Below are positions 1 through 12,917 of a stretch of DNA of 64,000 nucleotides, piece after piece. Within the stretch, counting starts at the first letter, position 1, and every line of letters starts with the position of its first letter. The stretch is from Tubiluchus corallicola (Eukaryota; Animalia; Priapulida). The DNA lies in NCBI GenBank assembly GCA_030141605.1, contig JAQGDQ010000049.1, forward strand, positions 771,364 to 835,363. The letters are read 5' to 3'. The translations under genes and the position numbers were made by a program. Under the pieces are notes generated by a model. The model had not been told where the DNA came from, made no database searches, and saw only the letters and a list, made by a program, of their open reading frames with translations.

Positions 1-700
1 ACCAAACTAATCATAAACTTTTGTCTAACAATCCTCTGCATACAGGCTGCTGTAGTTCAACTTCAATTGTGATATTTATTCAAGTATTACTTTCTCTCAC
101 CCTAATGATTATGATGAAGTTGATACAAGTTTATATCATCTAATGGTTTGAAGCTGTGATCTGAAGTACTAATATCCATTTATATTTAATTGGAAAATAA
201 TAGTGTATCAGAAAATAGTAAATTATTTGTATCAAGTGAATTAGTTGTCACATATTCAGGAGATTTTGAAACGTAATTCAATTTTTATAATTACATCTAT
301 AGTTAAAGCTGACCTGGAGTTGTACTCCGCATGATGTAGACCACAGTACTACTGTGTGTTTGTCCTCAATTTCACAACTTTGCAACGTGGAACAAAATGC
401 ATGATAGTTTCGCTAAATCTTATAAATTTCTTGCTTTTGCATGAATAGATAATTAGCTGCTTTCCCAAAAGGTTTTATTGTACAAAATAAATCATAGAAA
501 CTTGCAGATTTGTTGAAGTGAAGTTTTTTACGAGTCCAAACACAAAATTGACAGGGAAATGGCAGGCTACCTTTCAATCTTCAGTCAGCACAGCCAATAA
601 ACCTCACAATAACATTCAACTTTTCCTATATTAATTTTTACAAGAACAATGACACAATAGTTTACATATCCATTAAAGAATTACAACTTATTAAACCTAC

Positions 701-3700
701 CTGAGTATCTAAGTATGACTTGTATATTGCACTGAGCTTATCAAAGATTTGAGCTATTATCTTGAGACTACATTGGTGCAGACCAGGCACTAGTAGCTTT
801 CGACAGACGTGGAGTAAAACTTGTTTAGAGTCGCTCCGCTCTCGGAGAAAATCTACTAGCTTTAAACGATCTGACAGCAGTTCTATGATTGGATATAAAT
901 TGACTTGAACAAACCACAGACAACCTGAACAAAAAACATTGGTAAGCAGGTTTAATTTATCTGTTGCTACAATTTTAAATGCAGATAAATCACAATCTAC
1001 ACAGAAAATAAATATTTATCCTTCTTAGCTAGGTACATGAACAATTTCCCATCCATTTAAAAAAACTAATGTCAAAGTTAGTTTAAACTGATAAATTTGA
1101 CTATAAAAAATACAATTGAACATGCAAACCAAGTTGAAATGCACCTTAAAGATATCAAGCTGCTAAATTCATCAATTACTACCCAAAATGTATACGTATT
1201 TATATCGTACAAGTGTACCATTTACGAGGCTGAAATTGTTTGTTACAGTGTTATCATAGAAATCTATAAATATTGTTTTGATTAGTGTAAAAGCATTTTA
1301 GTAAAATCGCAAGCAGCATATTCAAAGGAAATTACATTAAAGCTAACTTGCTTTCACTCTATATTGAGCAAATTAGATGCTGTTTAATTACATGACTGGT
1401 ATTAAATCCTACCCACCCCATTTTGCATCTATGACAATATTTGGATGAAAGACAATCCAATTCGAAGAATCTGAGATGTAAGTCAAGGAAGTACGTATAA
1501 GAAAACAACAGTTGTTTACTGAAGCATAGACAGACTTTATTTAACATTTTATTGACATCAACATGTGAAAAAAATGGTACACACTTGTTTAGCCAAACAA
1601 TGAAAATTTGTTATTTTCTTGATAAATATAAAACTTTTAGAATACAAAACTTTTTTGAATCTAGAAACCTTTGTACAAGGGTATTAAATCAGACTAAAAT
1701 TAAACTGCATTTATGAAAAACTAGAGTAAGATAACACGATAATCAATGAACTGCTGATTTATTGACTGCAAGAACTCAGATAATCAGTTCTAAGCAATGC
1801 AAATGTAAACACATCTAATAATCTGATACCAATGAATAAAAATAAATTTTATTCACTAATAGTAAAAATTATAAATTCCAATTCTTACACGCTAATGTTC
1901 TACTTCACTAATGTAATGTAAAATTTATTTAAACAGTGCACTACATTATTAAAAATCTCAGCATGCTGAACAATAAAATGCATTTAAAATTCATAAGATA
2001 CATAAAATTTAAAAGACATTAAAAATTAAAAAATACTTTATTATAAAAATTACAATTTAAACAAATGTGCTTTAAGATGTTGTTTAAAAGGCTGTAATGA
2101 ATTTGCAGAAGGAATTACTAATCAATTACAAGTGTACTCAAAACCAGTCAAGCTTACAAAGCCATTTTGGAGCTTCTTAAATTAGCTTTCTCACTGGTAA
2201 TTCAAAACATACAAATTGCGTTATTTATATAAGACTAAGGAAAAACTTTGTTAAAAATTCATTGTTTGTACAAAAAATTTAACATTGTTAAACAGTAGTA
2301 ACCGGTGCACAAGTACTTATTGAAGCCCTACATATGTTTTGTCTTCATCTGTTACTACAATGTAAGAAAACATAGTATAAATCACTAAAATTGAGATCAA
2401 GGAAAACTGCACTATTAATTCATGATGAAGAAAGGAATCTACCCACACAGATACAATATTAACATTCATTATGTGCAGATTTATTTCTTTACAATTAAAA
2501 TGTAGTACAATTTGGAAACTTGTTGATCTGTTCCTCATTTTTTTATCCAAACAATGAAAATTTGCTATTTTCTTGATAAATATATAAAACTTTCAGAATA
2601 CAAAACTTTTTTGAATCTAGAAACCTTTGTACGAGGGTATTAAATCAGACTAAAATTAAACTGCATTTATGAGAAAGTAGAAAAAGATAATACAATAATC
2701 AATAAACTGCGGATTTATTGACTGCAAGAACTCAAATATTTCAGTTTTAGGCAATGCAAATGCAAAAAACATCTAATAATCTGATACCAATGAATAAAAA
2801 TAAATTTTATTCACTAATAGTAAGAATGTGATAACTTGTAAAATTTTCTTTGATCTCAGATTTATTTTATCGTAGTCCTTAATGTAGTTCCACAGTAGAA
2901 TAAAACACATGCTGGATGTCAACAAACATTTGTCTACAATTGCTAAAAAAGGATACAAAGTTCACAGCTAAGTTCTGTTGGTTCGTTGAGCGGATTAGTT
3001 GGCATTGGAGGTAGTTGAATTGTAAATGGTTTAATGGATAACTGAGAGCACACTGGGTAGTGGTAATTTACATAACCATCTGAATCTGCCGACAATTTGA
3101 TATCAAATATCATTGATGTCTGAAACAAAAGTATCAATAAGAAAAGTTTCCACAATCTTAACAGTTGCGAGATTAAGCCATATTGTTTGTATTATTAACA
3201 AAACTGAATTATTCAGATCCAAATACACGAGCATGACCTTTTTATCACTTCATTATGCCTGGTAAAGTGTGGTTCACGCATGTCAAAAACTATATACTAC
3301 TATGCTCCTGTGTGGGGCTCATCAGTGTGCACAGTGCTCGTGACTAATTATCATTTTACTATGCCTGGTCTAGTGCAAGTTTACTTATTCCTTAAATCTG
3401 TTCAAAAGAAAATGTCCCAATTTGTACTATTCAGCAAAATCTAGAGTTTTCAGTTTATTAATTGAAAATGTTATTATTACTCCTCTATTTATTAAGCTGC
3501 ACTTAGTAAATTAATTCACTTGATGAAAAATTTACATTCAGACTCACCTTAGATGCTTGATGATGCACTATAATGAGATTATCTACAATATTCACAGCAA
3601 ATCGACCACTCATGTCTAATCGTAATATATCTGTTTTTCTGGCCGGACTTTCCCTCGAAAAATAGTTCAAACGATTTAAAATGTTTAATTTTGCTGTTTT

Positions 3701-4873
3701 ACTCTCTACAAAATAAACCTTTATACTGACATCATTGTGAATGGCTATCATTGGCTATCAATCGAGAAAAAACAAGAACAATGTGAAATGAAACCAGATA
3801 TAAAACTTTTTTCCTCGTGCATCTATTCAATGCTGCAATGACGAAAAAACTTGATCGATTATTCGCAAAATCATTTTATAATACAGTATTTTTGAGCAGC
3901 AATAAATTTAACTGATTTAATTGCACTTAGCAATTATTATCACCTTTAGAGGACAAGAAAACGGAATTCATGAATAAAGTTAAAAAATTCCTCTTGAAAT
4001 TTTAAAGCACTTACATGCTGTCTTATTCCATACAGAGCTTCTGTTAGCAGTATCGATGTATACAACTTGTAAATTTGCACTCATACACTGATAATTAGGT
4101 ACAGCAATTTTAACAGTCAGTCGGTAAGAGTAAGAAATTGAAGCAAATGCAGATAACATTGCATAAAATTAAAAATAATAATCAGGACATTCGTAGCACA
4201 CAATTCACCAACTAAGCAAATGTATAAATTACTTTATCCTGTCAATAAGATTCATAATATGCTTTTAGCAAGTCAGCGATGTATTTTGGTGTCCACTGGA
4301 ATAGTGAAACAGTGACATCTCCAGCTGGTGGGAACATTTTAAATTACTAAAAGGTTTCTTTTTTAGTTATATAAGTCTTTCTAACAAGTAAACATAACGC
4401 TGAGTATTATAACCTTATATAGAACATTTTTTGGTCATAGTTTAACATTTCCTCTCCCTCCCCTTTAAAAAGTGAGCAGCATCAAATGTACCTAGAACAC
4501 TAAGTTGTGACTAAAAGTATTTGCAATGACAGTTGTACAAGTAAATCCTATTTCTGACACTGGTGATATTAACTACAAAAGAATACCTATGCAACTGATA
4601 AAGACAAACTTCAGCTATTGGCTGTCCTGCTATTCTCTGCTGCTGCCGCAAAACTATCACAAACAATTGGTTGTATCTGAAACATGTAAAATAATCATAC
4701 ATTTGTGAGACACTCATAAAAGCCAGAATATCAAACCACATTAACATATCACCCTAAAACTCTATAGTGTACTAGACCTTCATAAAAATGCTGCTGTAAA
4801 AAGACTGTTAAGCACCGTTTGATATACGTATATACATATATATATATATATATGTATGTATATGTATATATAG

Positions 4874-4924
<51 letters not shown>

Positions 4925-7900
4925 CATCTATACAAACACATTATGTATTATCAAAACAAAGTTTTAACAGTAAAGTTTAACTACTTAAAAGCTGCTACAA
5001 ATTTGCAAAAAAAAAGAGGTCTTAAACCTTAATTCACTTCTAAGAACACACAACTCATTATATCTGCTGGAATACATGTTACCATACATATGTGGCAAAC
5101 AGAATTGAATATAACGAATTAGTTAGTACAGTAATGATTGATTAGTGTATTACAATATATTGCGAGGGCACGTAACAAAACTATGAAAAGGCTTATTGTC
5201 ATCGAGTTAAAAAATAGAAACTTACATTTTTGCTAGGCTTACGTCCCTTTCTAGTAGACAAAGTTTCGGTGGTTTTGGAACAACAGGAATATCAACTTCA
5301 AACTTTGGTACTCTGGTCAATGTACCACCCTAAAAGAAAGAGTTTTATACATCTGCACCAAAACTGCATGCACTTAGAAAAACAAAGAATCACATAATAA
5401 GTTAAGACAACTTACTACAACATTCCCTTGAACACAAGAAGTAATACAAATGTCCCTGAATTTCACAGCTTCGCTATCACAGCAGTTAATTGAGAAGTAT
5501 GACACATAGTAACTTTTTCATTCTATTGCTACTGAAAATCAAATACACAATATTACAAGCTCATATCTATTTTAAAAACAATAGCTGCTGAAAGAGACAA
5601 AGTAAAATTTATTAAAATTTTGAATTGAAATGAGACTGCCATATCTATGTAAATGCAGCCATGTGTCACTACATGGCAGGACCTTTGACAAAATAAAAAC
5701 TGTACATATCAGCATGAAATTATGGGGGTAGTAGCCTCAAGGAACCAATTTCATTGCTTGCTGATAAAAATCCTTACAAAAAAGTTTCCCCAACAGTCAC
5801 TTTGCAGTTTAAACAAAATTTTAAAATTTGGGTAGAACTACATCAACAGCAGTACAGTGTATCATGTCATTCACATACTTCAAGAAAATATTCTGTCAAA
5901 TTTGTCAATTATGAAGCCTAAGCCTAGTCTTGATGCTTTCAGAAGAAACCTCAGAAATCACGAATCCTGTATTTTGTATTTTTCTTGTATTTGTTGTTAC
6001 ACACAAACCAATAAAAAGAGCAAGGAACTTTTAGCCAGAATACTTTGTTTAAGTTTAAGTACTAAATTCGTTCACAAAAAAGTTTGATTTTAATTCTCGT
6101 GACGCACAAATTTCTTCATTGCAACAACTCCGGGATTAAATATTCTCATCCAAGTACGTGCAAAAAAATATGCAAGCAAAATGACTGGAAGTATTTTTAA
6201 TCAAGTAGTTTATAATCTGTTCTCTGTGATGAAAAAATAAAACTGACCTTTATAAAGAACGGCACTATGACATTTCCTACAGTGCTAGTCGACAGAAGTA
6301 AAGCTGAAGTCTCAGGTAGGTAAACGTACCAATTCACATTGGTGTTGTAGGTTTTTAACACTTTCAATGTACGTTTTTCGGGGAATACCTAAAGAAAGCA
6401 TATAAGCATTTATTGGAATATTAATCCTTTCAATGCAAAGAAGATAAAAATAGAAATAATTTGATCAAGACTGAGAACTAAACTGATGACTAACGAGTTG
6501 CCTGCACAAGGTGAGATTTTGACTGATGAACTGCTGTTTGGCTAAAATAGTGGCTGAACTATTCTATTGTGACAGAATCAACGTAAAAAAATCTCACTCT
6601 ATAGCAATTACTAAAGCCGCGGTCTCCACAAATTGTTCGATAATGCATATAAGTGTTGCCATCAGCTTAGTTCCCGAGCACAAAACTAGCGGTGAATACG
6701 GTTTTAAAATTTAGCCTTACAATAAGAAATAGACTTATCACTGATGCATCGTGATATCTTTCATTACGATATGTGTATCGCCACAGTGCGCTTGTATCAT
6801 AATAATCTGAATCAGCAATATTCAGCAAATTAGCATGTGCTTGACTGTATGCCGATTTACAAAAACGATGTGAAGTAATTAAAATTGTAACTGTACAGTG
6901 TACTATAGAAACGTATCAATCAGTGCATATCATATATACGTCAATCAATAGGTTTAGGATTGCTAAATGCTAAAATGCTATATATATGTGTATATGTCAT
7001 ACATTTCAGCTGTATCCTTTTACACATTGTATCATGAGGTTAGTAATGTGATATGTAACATATCATGCATGACATAGGTGCATCGTTACAGTACTAATAA
7101 AATGGATAATTTTTAATAAAATAATTAAATGAAATTGTTTAACTTATTTGCTAGAGATACGGAGTATGTGTCGATGTTCTTAAAAAGTTTTTCATGAAAC
7201 CTTTCAGATAAAATTCTAATTTCCAGGGAAACAATTCTGTGCACAAAAATTCACAATTGAGAGAAGTTGGGGAAAAAATTAATAATAGCAGATTTTTTCA
7301 AAAATATCATCATGACAATAAATTGTTTAGCCTTAGCTTTGCTTGTTTAAAAAATAAAACAAATAAATTCAGTGCACCAAGAAACACAGAATTTCATTTA
7401 CTAAAACGATGAATATACCTTTATTAAAATGGCTACAATCTTCTTACTATAACTTGTACTACTATTTGAACATTTCAAACATAATTTTTCGTTCTAATTT
7501 GTATCGAAAAAAGGCAGATTTTTTCGTTATTAAGCTGTGTTTCTCAAAAAATTGACAATAACATAAAAACCTCTCAGTTTATTCTGCAGTTTTTTGGTAG
7601 AAAAAACTTCTCTCTTTATTATTTTTTAGCTTGATTCTTCGTCACAAACAAGGCTAATTGCGCATATTGAATAATGGAAGTCACTGTGGAATGAACACGC
7701 ACCTATATACATTCAACAGTGCATTCAATTTAAAGAGTTTTCTCTCGAGAGATCTCTCTGAAAGTTCTCGCAAAGAATAGAGCAACATTTGGAGACTTTG
7801 CATAACTTGCTGAGAAAATTCGCAAAACCATTTATACTTGTTAACCTCTCGGAGTTTTCTATTCTAGGCTAAAGCTTAGATGAAAGTCCATAATCCTCAT

Positions 7901-10623
7901 TGCAACAACTTGTTTTAGCTGTGTGTGTTCACTATTACAGACTCGGTTGAATGTCTGAACCCACAAAATGTCATCAAATATATTTTTATGTACATCTGTT
8001 CAATTAGCCCATCACAAGACCAGTGATGACATAAATTAATAACACAACTGATGTAAAACATAAATTACCTAAAAGCCCTCTAAATTACAAGTTTATTGTA
8101 AGCTAAAAAAAGTAAATGTGACCTACCTGATACAGTTCAACACCGTGATCAGTAACAAACACTATTTCATTAATACTAGTCCAGCTGACACCAAGAATTC
8201 TTGAGCTTTTTCCCTGCAAGTAATACAATTTTTTAACTAAATGTGTTTCTTTATTAAAAAAACTAATTCTGTTTTAAATGACTGAAAGAATATTCATGAT
8301 TAATGGTAGCAATTAAAAAATTTGATGCTCCTTCAGTGGTTTCATCACTATTATTATGTCAACTAGTTTGTTAAGCCGGAAACAAAAAAATTTGTTTCTG
8401 TCTTACTTCATGAGCTCAAAAGACATTAGTAGGGAGGGAAGAAAAAAATTTTTTAAGAAAATTCTTTTTACAAAAATTCAGCTTTGTGAATGTTTAAAGC
8501 TAAATCCTGGAATATTTAAAATCAGTTGAAATCAAAGTTTGTTTACTTCCCACTGGCTAGCAATAATGTTTTAAATTTTTTCGATGCACAATTTTTCACG
8601 CTTTATTTTTTAGTTTCGCATTACTAAATTAGTGTATAATTATCGATTGTTGTACAGTCTTTTTTTGTATCATGAACGTGTACGTTCTGATAATTATGGT
8701 ATAAGCGGCAACACTACTCGGCCGTTAATACACCGATTTGGAAGAAAATTAGATACTTTATAGCCTCCAATACAAATGAGCATCATACAAAAGGGCAACA
8801 CTGGCCGAGAATTAGCCATGAAAAACACGACAAGGTCCTGCATAATCAATAGAACAATGTTATAATAATTATTGTATTTTATGTTTTAAATTAAAAAATA
8901 CACTTTTGTATGACTGCGACAAATATGAACATACAAAAAAATTATAAAATTCCCGATGGGTGCACTATAAAAAAAATATTACCCGGGCGATTAGACGGAA
9001 ACAGAAGTATTTTTATTGTTCACCTTATTTCTAGTACATCCGTAATAATAATATACTGAAAGGGACAGTGTGCTATCGATAAGGAAAATATAGAACCTAG
9101 CACTGATGCAAAGTACAGAATTACCAAAGATTAGTAACCAGTTATGAAATCTAACAAAAAAAGATGGATAATTTTTGATCTGAAAACTTCAACAAGGTAA
9201 ACTATTTTGTTAATATTTTAATAATTGTTAAAAATGAAGTCAAAATTTTACTTGAAATTAAATATTAAATAACAAATGAGCATGTATTTATACTTTACAG
9301 GCTTGAGAATACTCCATAACATCCATTCCCTCTATAAAATTAATGAATTCAACAGTTGTGTTCGATCGCTGTATAGCTAAAACTCGCATGTCAGGAGAGA
9401 ATTTTATTGACTGAATCTTCCCTTTATCTTCCAATCTGTAAAACAAAAGTAATGTTCTCATCTCAGTGCTTATGACTTTGACACTAACAACCTTGAAATA
9501 CAGTCTTTGTAATGCCAGCAAAAAATGTTGATAGCTATCTAAGGAAATGGACCAAAGCTTTAGGCTGTCCTGTTGGTTCAATAATTTTTAGTGACATCCA
9601 CTCAAGAAAATACCTTCTACAGATTAAGACAGTTAACTTTTTCATTAATAAGAATTAATTTATAGGCCTAATATAAAAAAGTAACTGAATAAAGAAACTT
9701 ACACTGCAAATTTTAAATATTCATCAAAAGCTTTTACCTGAAAGTAATATTTGAACGTTCATTTGTTCCTTTAACAGTAACACCTGTAGTCCCTCCAGAT
9801 CTAACAGTAAACACCTAGAAAATAAACACTTTAAAAAGTAATAGTAGCCTGAAACTGAGTGATCTGAACCAGAGACCTTTGAATTGCAAGTGCAACATCA
9901 TAACCACTAGGCTACAAACCTTTGCTAATTATGAATTAACCACTTAAAATTTAGATAAAATTGGTTTTGGTGTAACTAAGCTAAATTAGTGATACTGGAC
10001 TGGTTGGAAAGCTAACAAGAAATGAATTTATTACCAACAAATTTATTAATGTTAATTTGTTTCTATGTCTGATAAAAAGCGAAAAGGAAACATAAGATCT
10101 GCATTAAGGAAAAAACTAAAGATCAATAATCTAATATATTAAGCATAATGAAGCATGACATAACAACACATTAACACTAACAGTTTTCATACCTTATTTA
10201 TTTATAAATGAAACACAAATGCATTTACAAAGTAGAAAAATAGAATATAAGAAACATTTATGCTATTCACCAACAGGAGTGCAGTTAAAATTAAAATGCG
10301 GTACTATAAAATGTTATAAACATTACCTGTGAACATGACACTTGGTATTTATTTTATTATACTTTATAGTCACTATGATTACACGAGTGATAAGTTCATA
10401 TTACAGTACTAACTATAATTACATAGTACTATGAATCAACTTTTTTGGCTACACTTCAATGAAAAAATTGATTAAAAGCTAGGTACTCATAATTTCTATA
10501 TACCTGCACGTTGGCGCCATCGAAATAAACACTGGTTAACTTGCTAATTGGTTCAAATCGTATAGGATTTAAACTCAACTCAACATAATGTTGACACTCT
10601 AAATATTCATTGGAAGCGGCCAT
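701..10623 (-). CDS. RMC1: Regulator of MON1-CCZ1 complex (RMC1/C18orf8/Mic1), 5' part; gene continues beyond the left edge
   Basis: Frame-consistent exons: 10504-10623 (MAASNEYLECQHYVELSLNPIRFEPISKLTSVYFDGANVQ), 9738-9814 (VFTVRSGGTTGVTVKG), 9294-9435 (LEDKGKIQSIKFSPDMRVLAIQRS), 8127-8213, 6248-6388 (VFPEKRTLKVLKTYNTNVNWY), 5226-5329 (VPKFEVDIP), 4587-4676, 3548-3653 (GRFAVNIVDNLIIVHHQ), 2957-3119 (TSMIFDIKL), 1417-1470 (YSSNWIVFHPNIVIDA), 701-924 (IAQIFDKL). Motifs match recalled human C18orf8 (VFAVRSGGATGV, GKFALNVVDNLVVVHHQ, LYSSSWIVFQPDIII). Confidence 0.93.
1471..2956 (-). other. U12-type (minor spliceosome) GT-AG intron in RMC1
   Basis: 5' splice site GTATCCTTT (2956 downward); branch-site TTCCTTGAC (1490-1482) about 10 nt before the AG at 1472-1471; no long polypyrimidine tract; phase 1 (T|AT, Tyr). 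Confidence 0.92.
1593..2823. repeat. About 270-bp direct duplication inside the RMC1 U12 intron (copies approx. 1593-1864 and 2547-2823)
   Basis: Both copies begin ccaaacaatgaaaatttg(t/c)tattttcttgataaa and end ttttattcactaatagtaa, with scattered substitutions. Confidence 0.9.
4826..4922. repeat. (TA)n / (TATG)n microsatellite
   Basis: Directly visible. Confidence 0.95.
9855..9922 (-). mobile_element. Degenerate tRNA-derived SINE head
   Basis: Minus strand GGTTTGTAGCCTAGTGGTTATG (A-box-like) ... GGTTCAGATCA (B-box-like); no full cloverleaf. Confidence 0.45.
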
Positions 10624-12072
10624 CACACAAATAATTTCTTATGAGAGCAATGCACCACCTCGAATTTAATCGCTGTTCGGCATCAGCTACGACAGAACTA
10701 GTCACTAAAAATTAAACGCGTTGTTTCAGACACAAAAATACATTAGGACAGTAACCACAAACCAATCAGGCAGGCACAAACAATACTACGAACGCATACA
10801 GGAACCTCTGGAACACGTCCTTACTAATACGGTATAACACGTTACATGGTTTCAGCCAAAAGCCCAAATTAATTTAAAATTTACTTATGAATATTAAAAA
10901 CCATACATACAATAAAAGCGTTTTAAAATTTTGATTTAACTTCATAAAATCAAACAAACTTGCAAAATAACTGTATGAGAACTGAAACGTGATTACAATT
11001 ACAATTATGGACATATACCCGTAATTTAAACAATAGTTGGCGAATTAATGCAATAATAATAATACACAAAAAGTTTTTCTTTCAAAGCGATTTATCTTCT
11101 ATAACTTATGTTCGCACAGAATTTACCTTTACACGACTCGCCACCCCACGTATTAATGAAGGCTAAATGTTTGTAATTTGCTATTTCCTTAGAATAAGAA
11201 TGCAAATAATTTCATATTAGAGAGGATCTTTGTAAACGAGGTCATTAAAGTACTTTGTTCTAATGCCATGTAGTATTTATTACGTTGTTTTGGCCATATA
11301 AAAGCACCTATAAGGCGCATTACATGCATGGTACACGTGTTCGCCATTAATAAAAGATTTTCGTAAAAAAAACTATGTAACATGTCATCAAGTATATTAT
11401 CTGTTGCACTAGGCAGATATTACATTCACTATTGTCAATTAATGAGCCATTATCAATATTGCTGCATAACAATTAGTTATTAACACTGTCACAAACAATA
11501 CAATCTATCAGATATTTTAAATCATCTTCATATAGTCAAACCATCATCATAGTACTATAATAATGACATATATCAATTGCACAAGGTACTCAATTGCTAC
11601 TCTGAAAAAAATAGTTTCTTTCAGTATTATCATCTTTCAAACTTACAGATGTTCTACTAATGTCACTTTGTGTGAAATCCGTCCACTTGGTCAACCTAAC
11701 TCCCTTGTCTTCTTTGATAACCGAAATAATTAATGGAAAGCCTTAATAAGTGTCACGAGGCTTCTGGTAATTTTAGAGCATAACCTGCCCAGCTAAATCT
11801 TCTGTGTTTATCTTTTCGGGCCATTTTTTTTTACTTGACTTTGACATAGGAATGTTTGTTGATTATAACGTGCAAGATATTTTATTTGCAATAATGATCT
11901 ATGAAAAACATTGTTGAAAAACACCAATCTCCAGCTGATTATTTACCTCCATCATGGTCCACAATGCCGAAATGTATGGAAACTCAGACAGATGGAAGAT
12001 ATGTAAGTGTTGAAGTTTACAAGTTCGGCAAAATTCTTGTTATTGGGGATTTCTAAGTTTCGAGAAAACAGC

Positions 12073-12164
12073 AACAGGAAGTGGTCCTTGATAAGCACTG
12101 AAATACGTTTTTGAAGTTTCCCGTCTTGCTTTGCTACTTCCTTTTTCTCATGTCAGCTTATCGG
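12073..12164 (+). promoter_or_regulatory. RPL9: RPL9 promoter, 5'TOP/TCT initiator and non-coding first exon
   Basis: Ets/GABP-like CAGGAAGTG near 12075; polypyrimidine CTTCCTTTTTCTC at 12137-12149; donor G|GTTAGT after 12164; next acceptor TTACAG at 12916 immediately precedes C-ATG. Confidence 0.75.
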
Positions 12165-12917
12165 GTTAGTGTGTTTAATTGTTTTCTTTTAAAATCTCCA
12201 AGTACGATTTAAATCACTATATATTATAAAACGCTGCAGGTGTAGGTTGTTTCATTTTTCCTTCTTTATTTGAATGGAAGTTTTTTTGCGTCACCGAAGT
12301 AACTTCATCGTACTTACAAAGTTGTTTTAAAAGTGCATCCCTCAACATATTATACATCATCCCTGTTTTATTCTTCGTACATTTCTCGTTTTGTCCAAGC
12401 TTTCTTGCAGTAAACTTGATTGTCTTCATGACACCACTTAAGCAATTGTTGATAAAGTTAGGAATAGGCGCAAAAAAACTTTGGTGTATAATTCAAGGAA
12501 TGGCTGAAGTCCAGATGTCGAAAAGAATGCAAATGAATTGAAAATTTGACATAATCTTCAGTTATCTAGAAAAGAAAAACAGTTATCGAAACCAAGAAAA
12601 TTATTTACATGATTGAGAGCTAACGTGGTTTCAGGTAACAAAAAATTCAGCAAACTAAGTACAAATGATGTAAGTTACATGGTTTGTTGTTTATATTTTT
12701 TTGTGTGACACTAGTTGCCACATAAAAATGTCTAGTTGCTTTGCAAACCTGTGAACTTAAACTTGCTATTTGCTACTGCTATTGAGTTTATTTGAGGGAA
12801 TTCAAAATACAGAGTGGCCAGTACCATAGAATAATATTGACTCTGTTTGTACAATGTATCTCTAAATAACTATAACACAAAATATAAAGTTATTGTGTCG
12901 TGTATTTTACTTACAGC

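Noticed and set aside
3226-3345. CTGATGAG hammerhead-like start on the - strand in an RMC1 intron
   Set aside because: No GAAA or helix III follows; cannot be a complete ribozyme.
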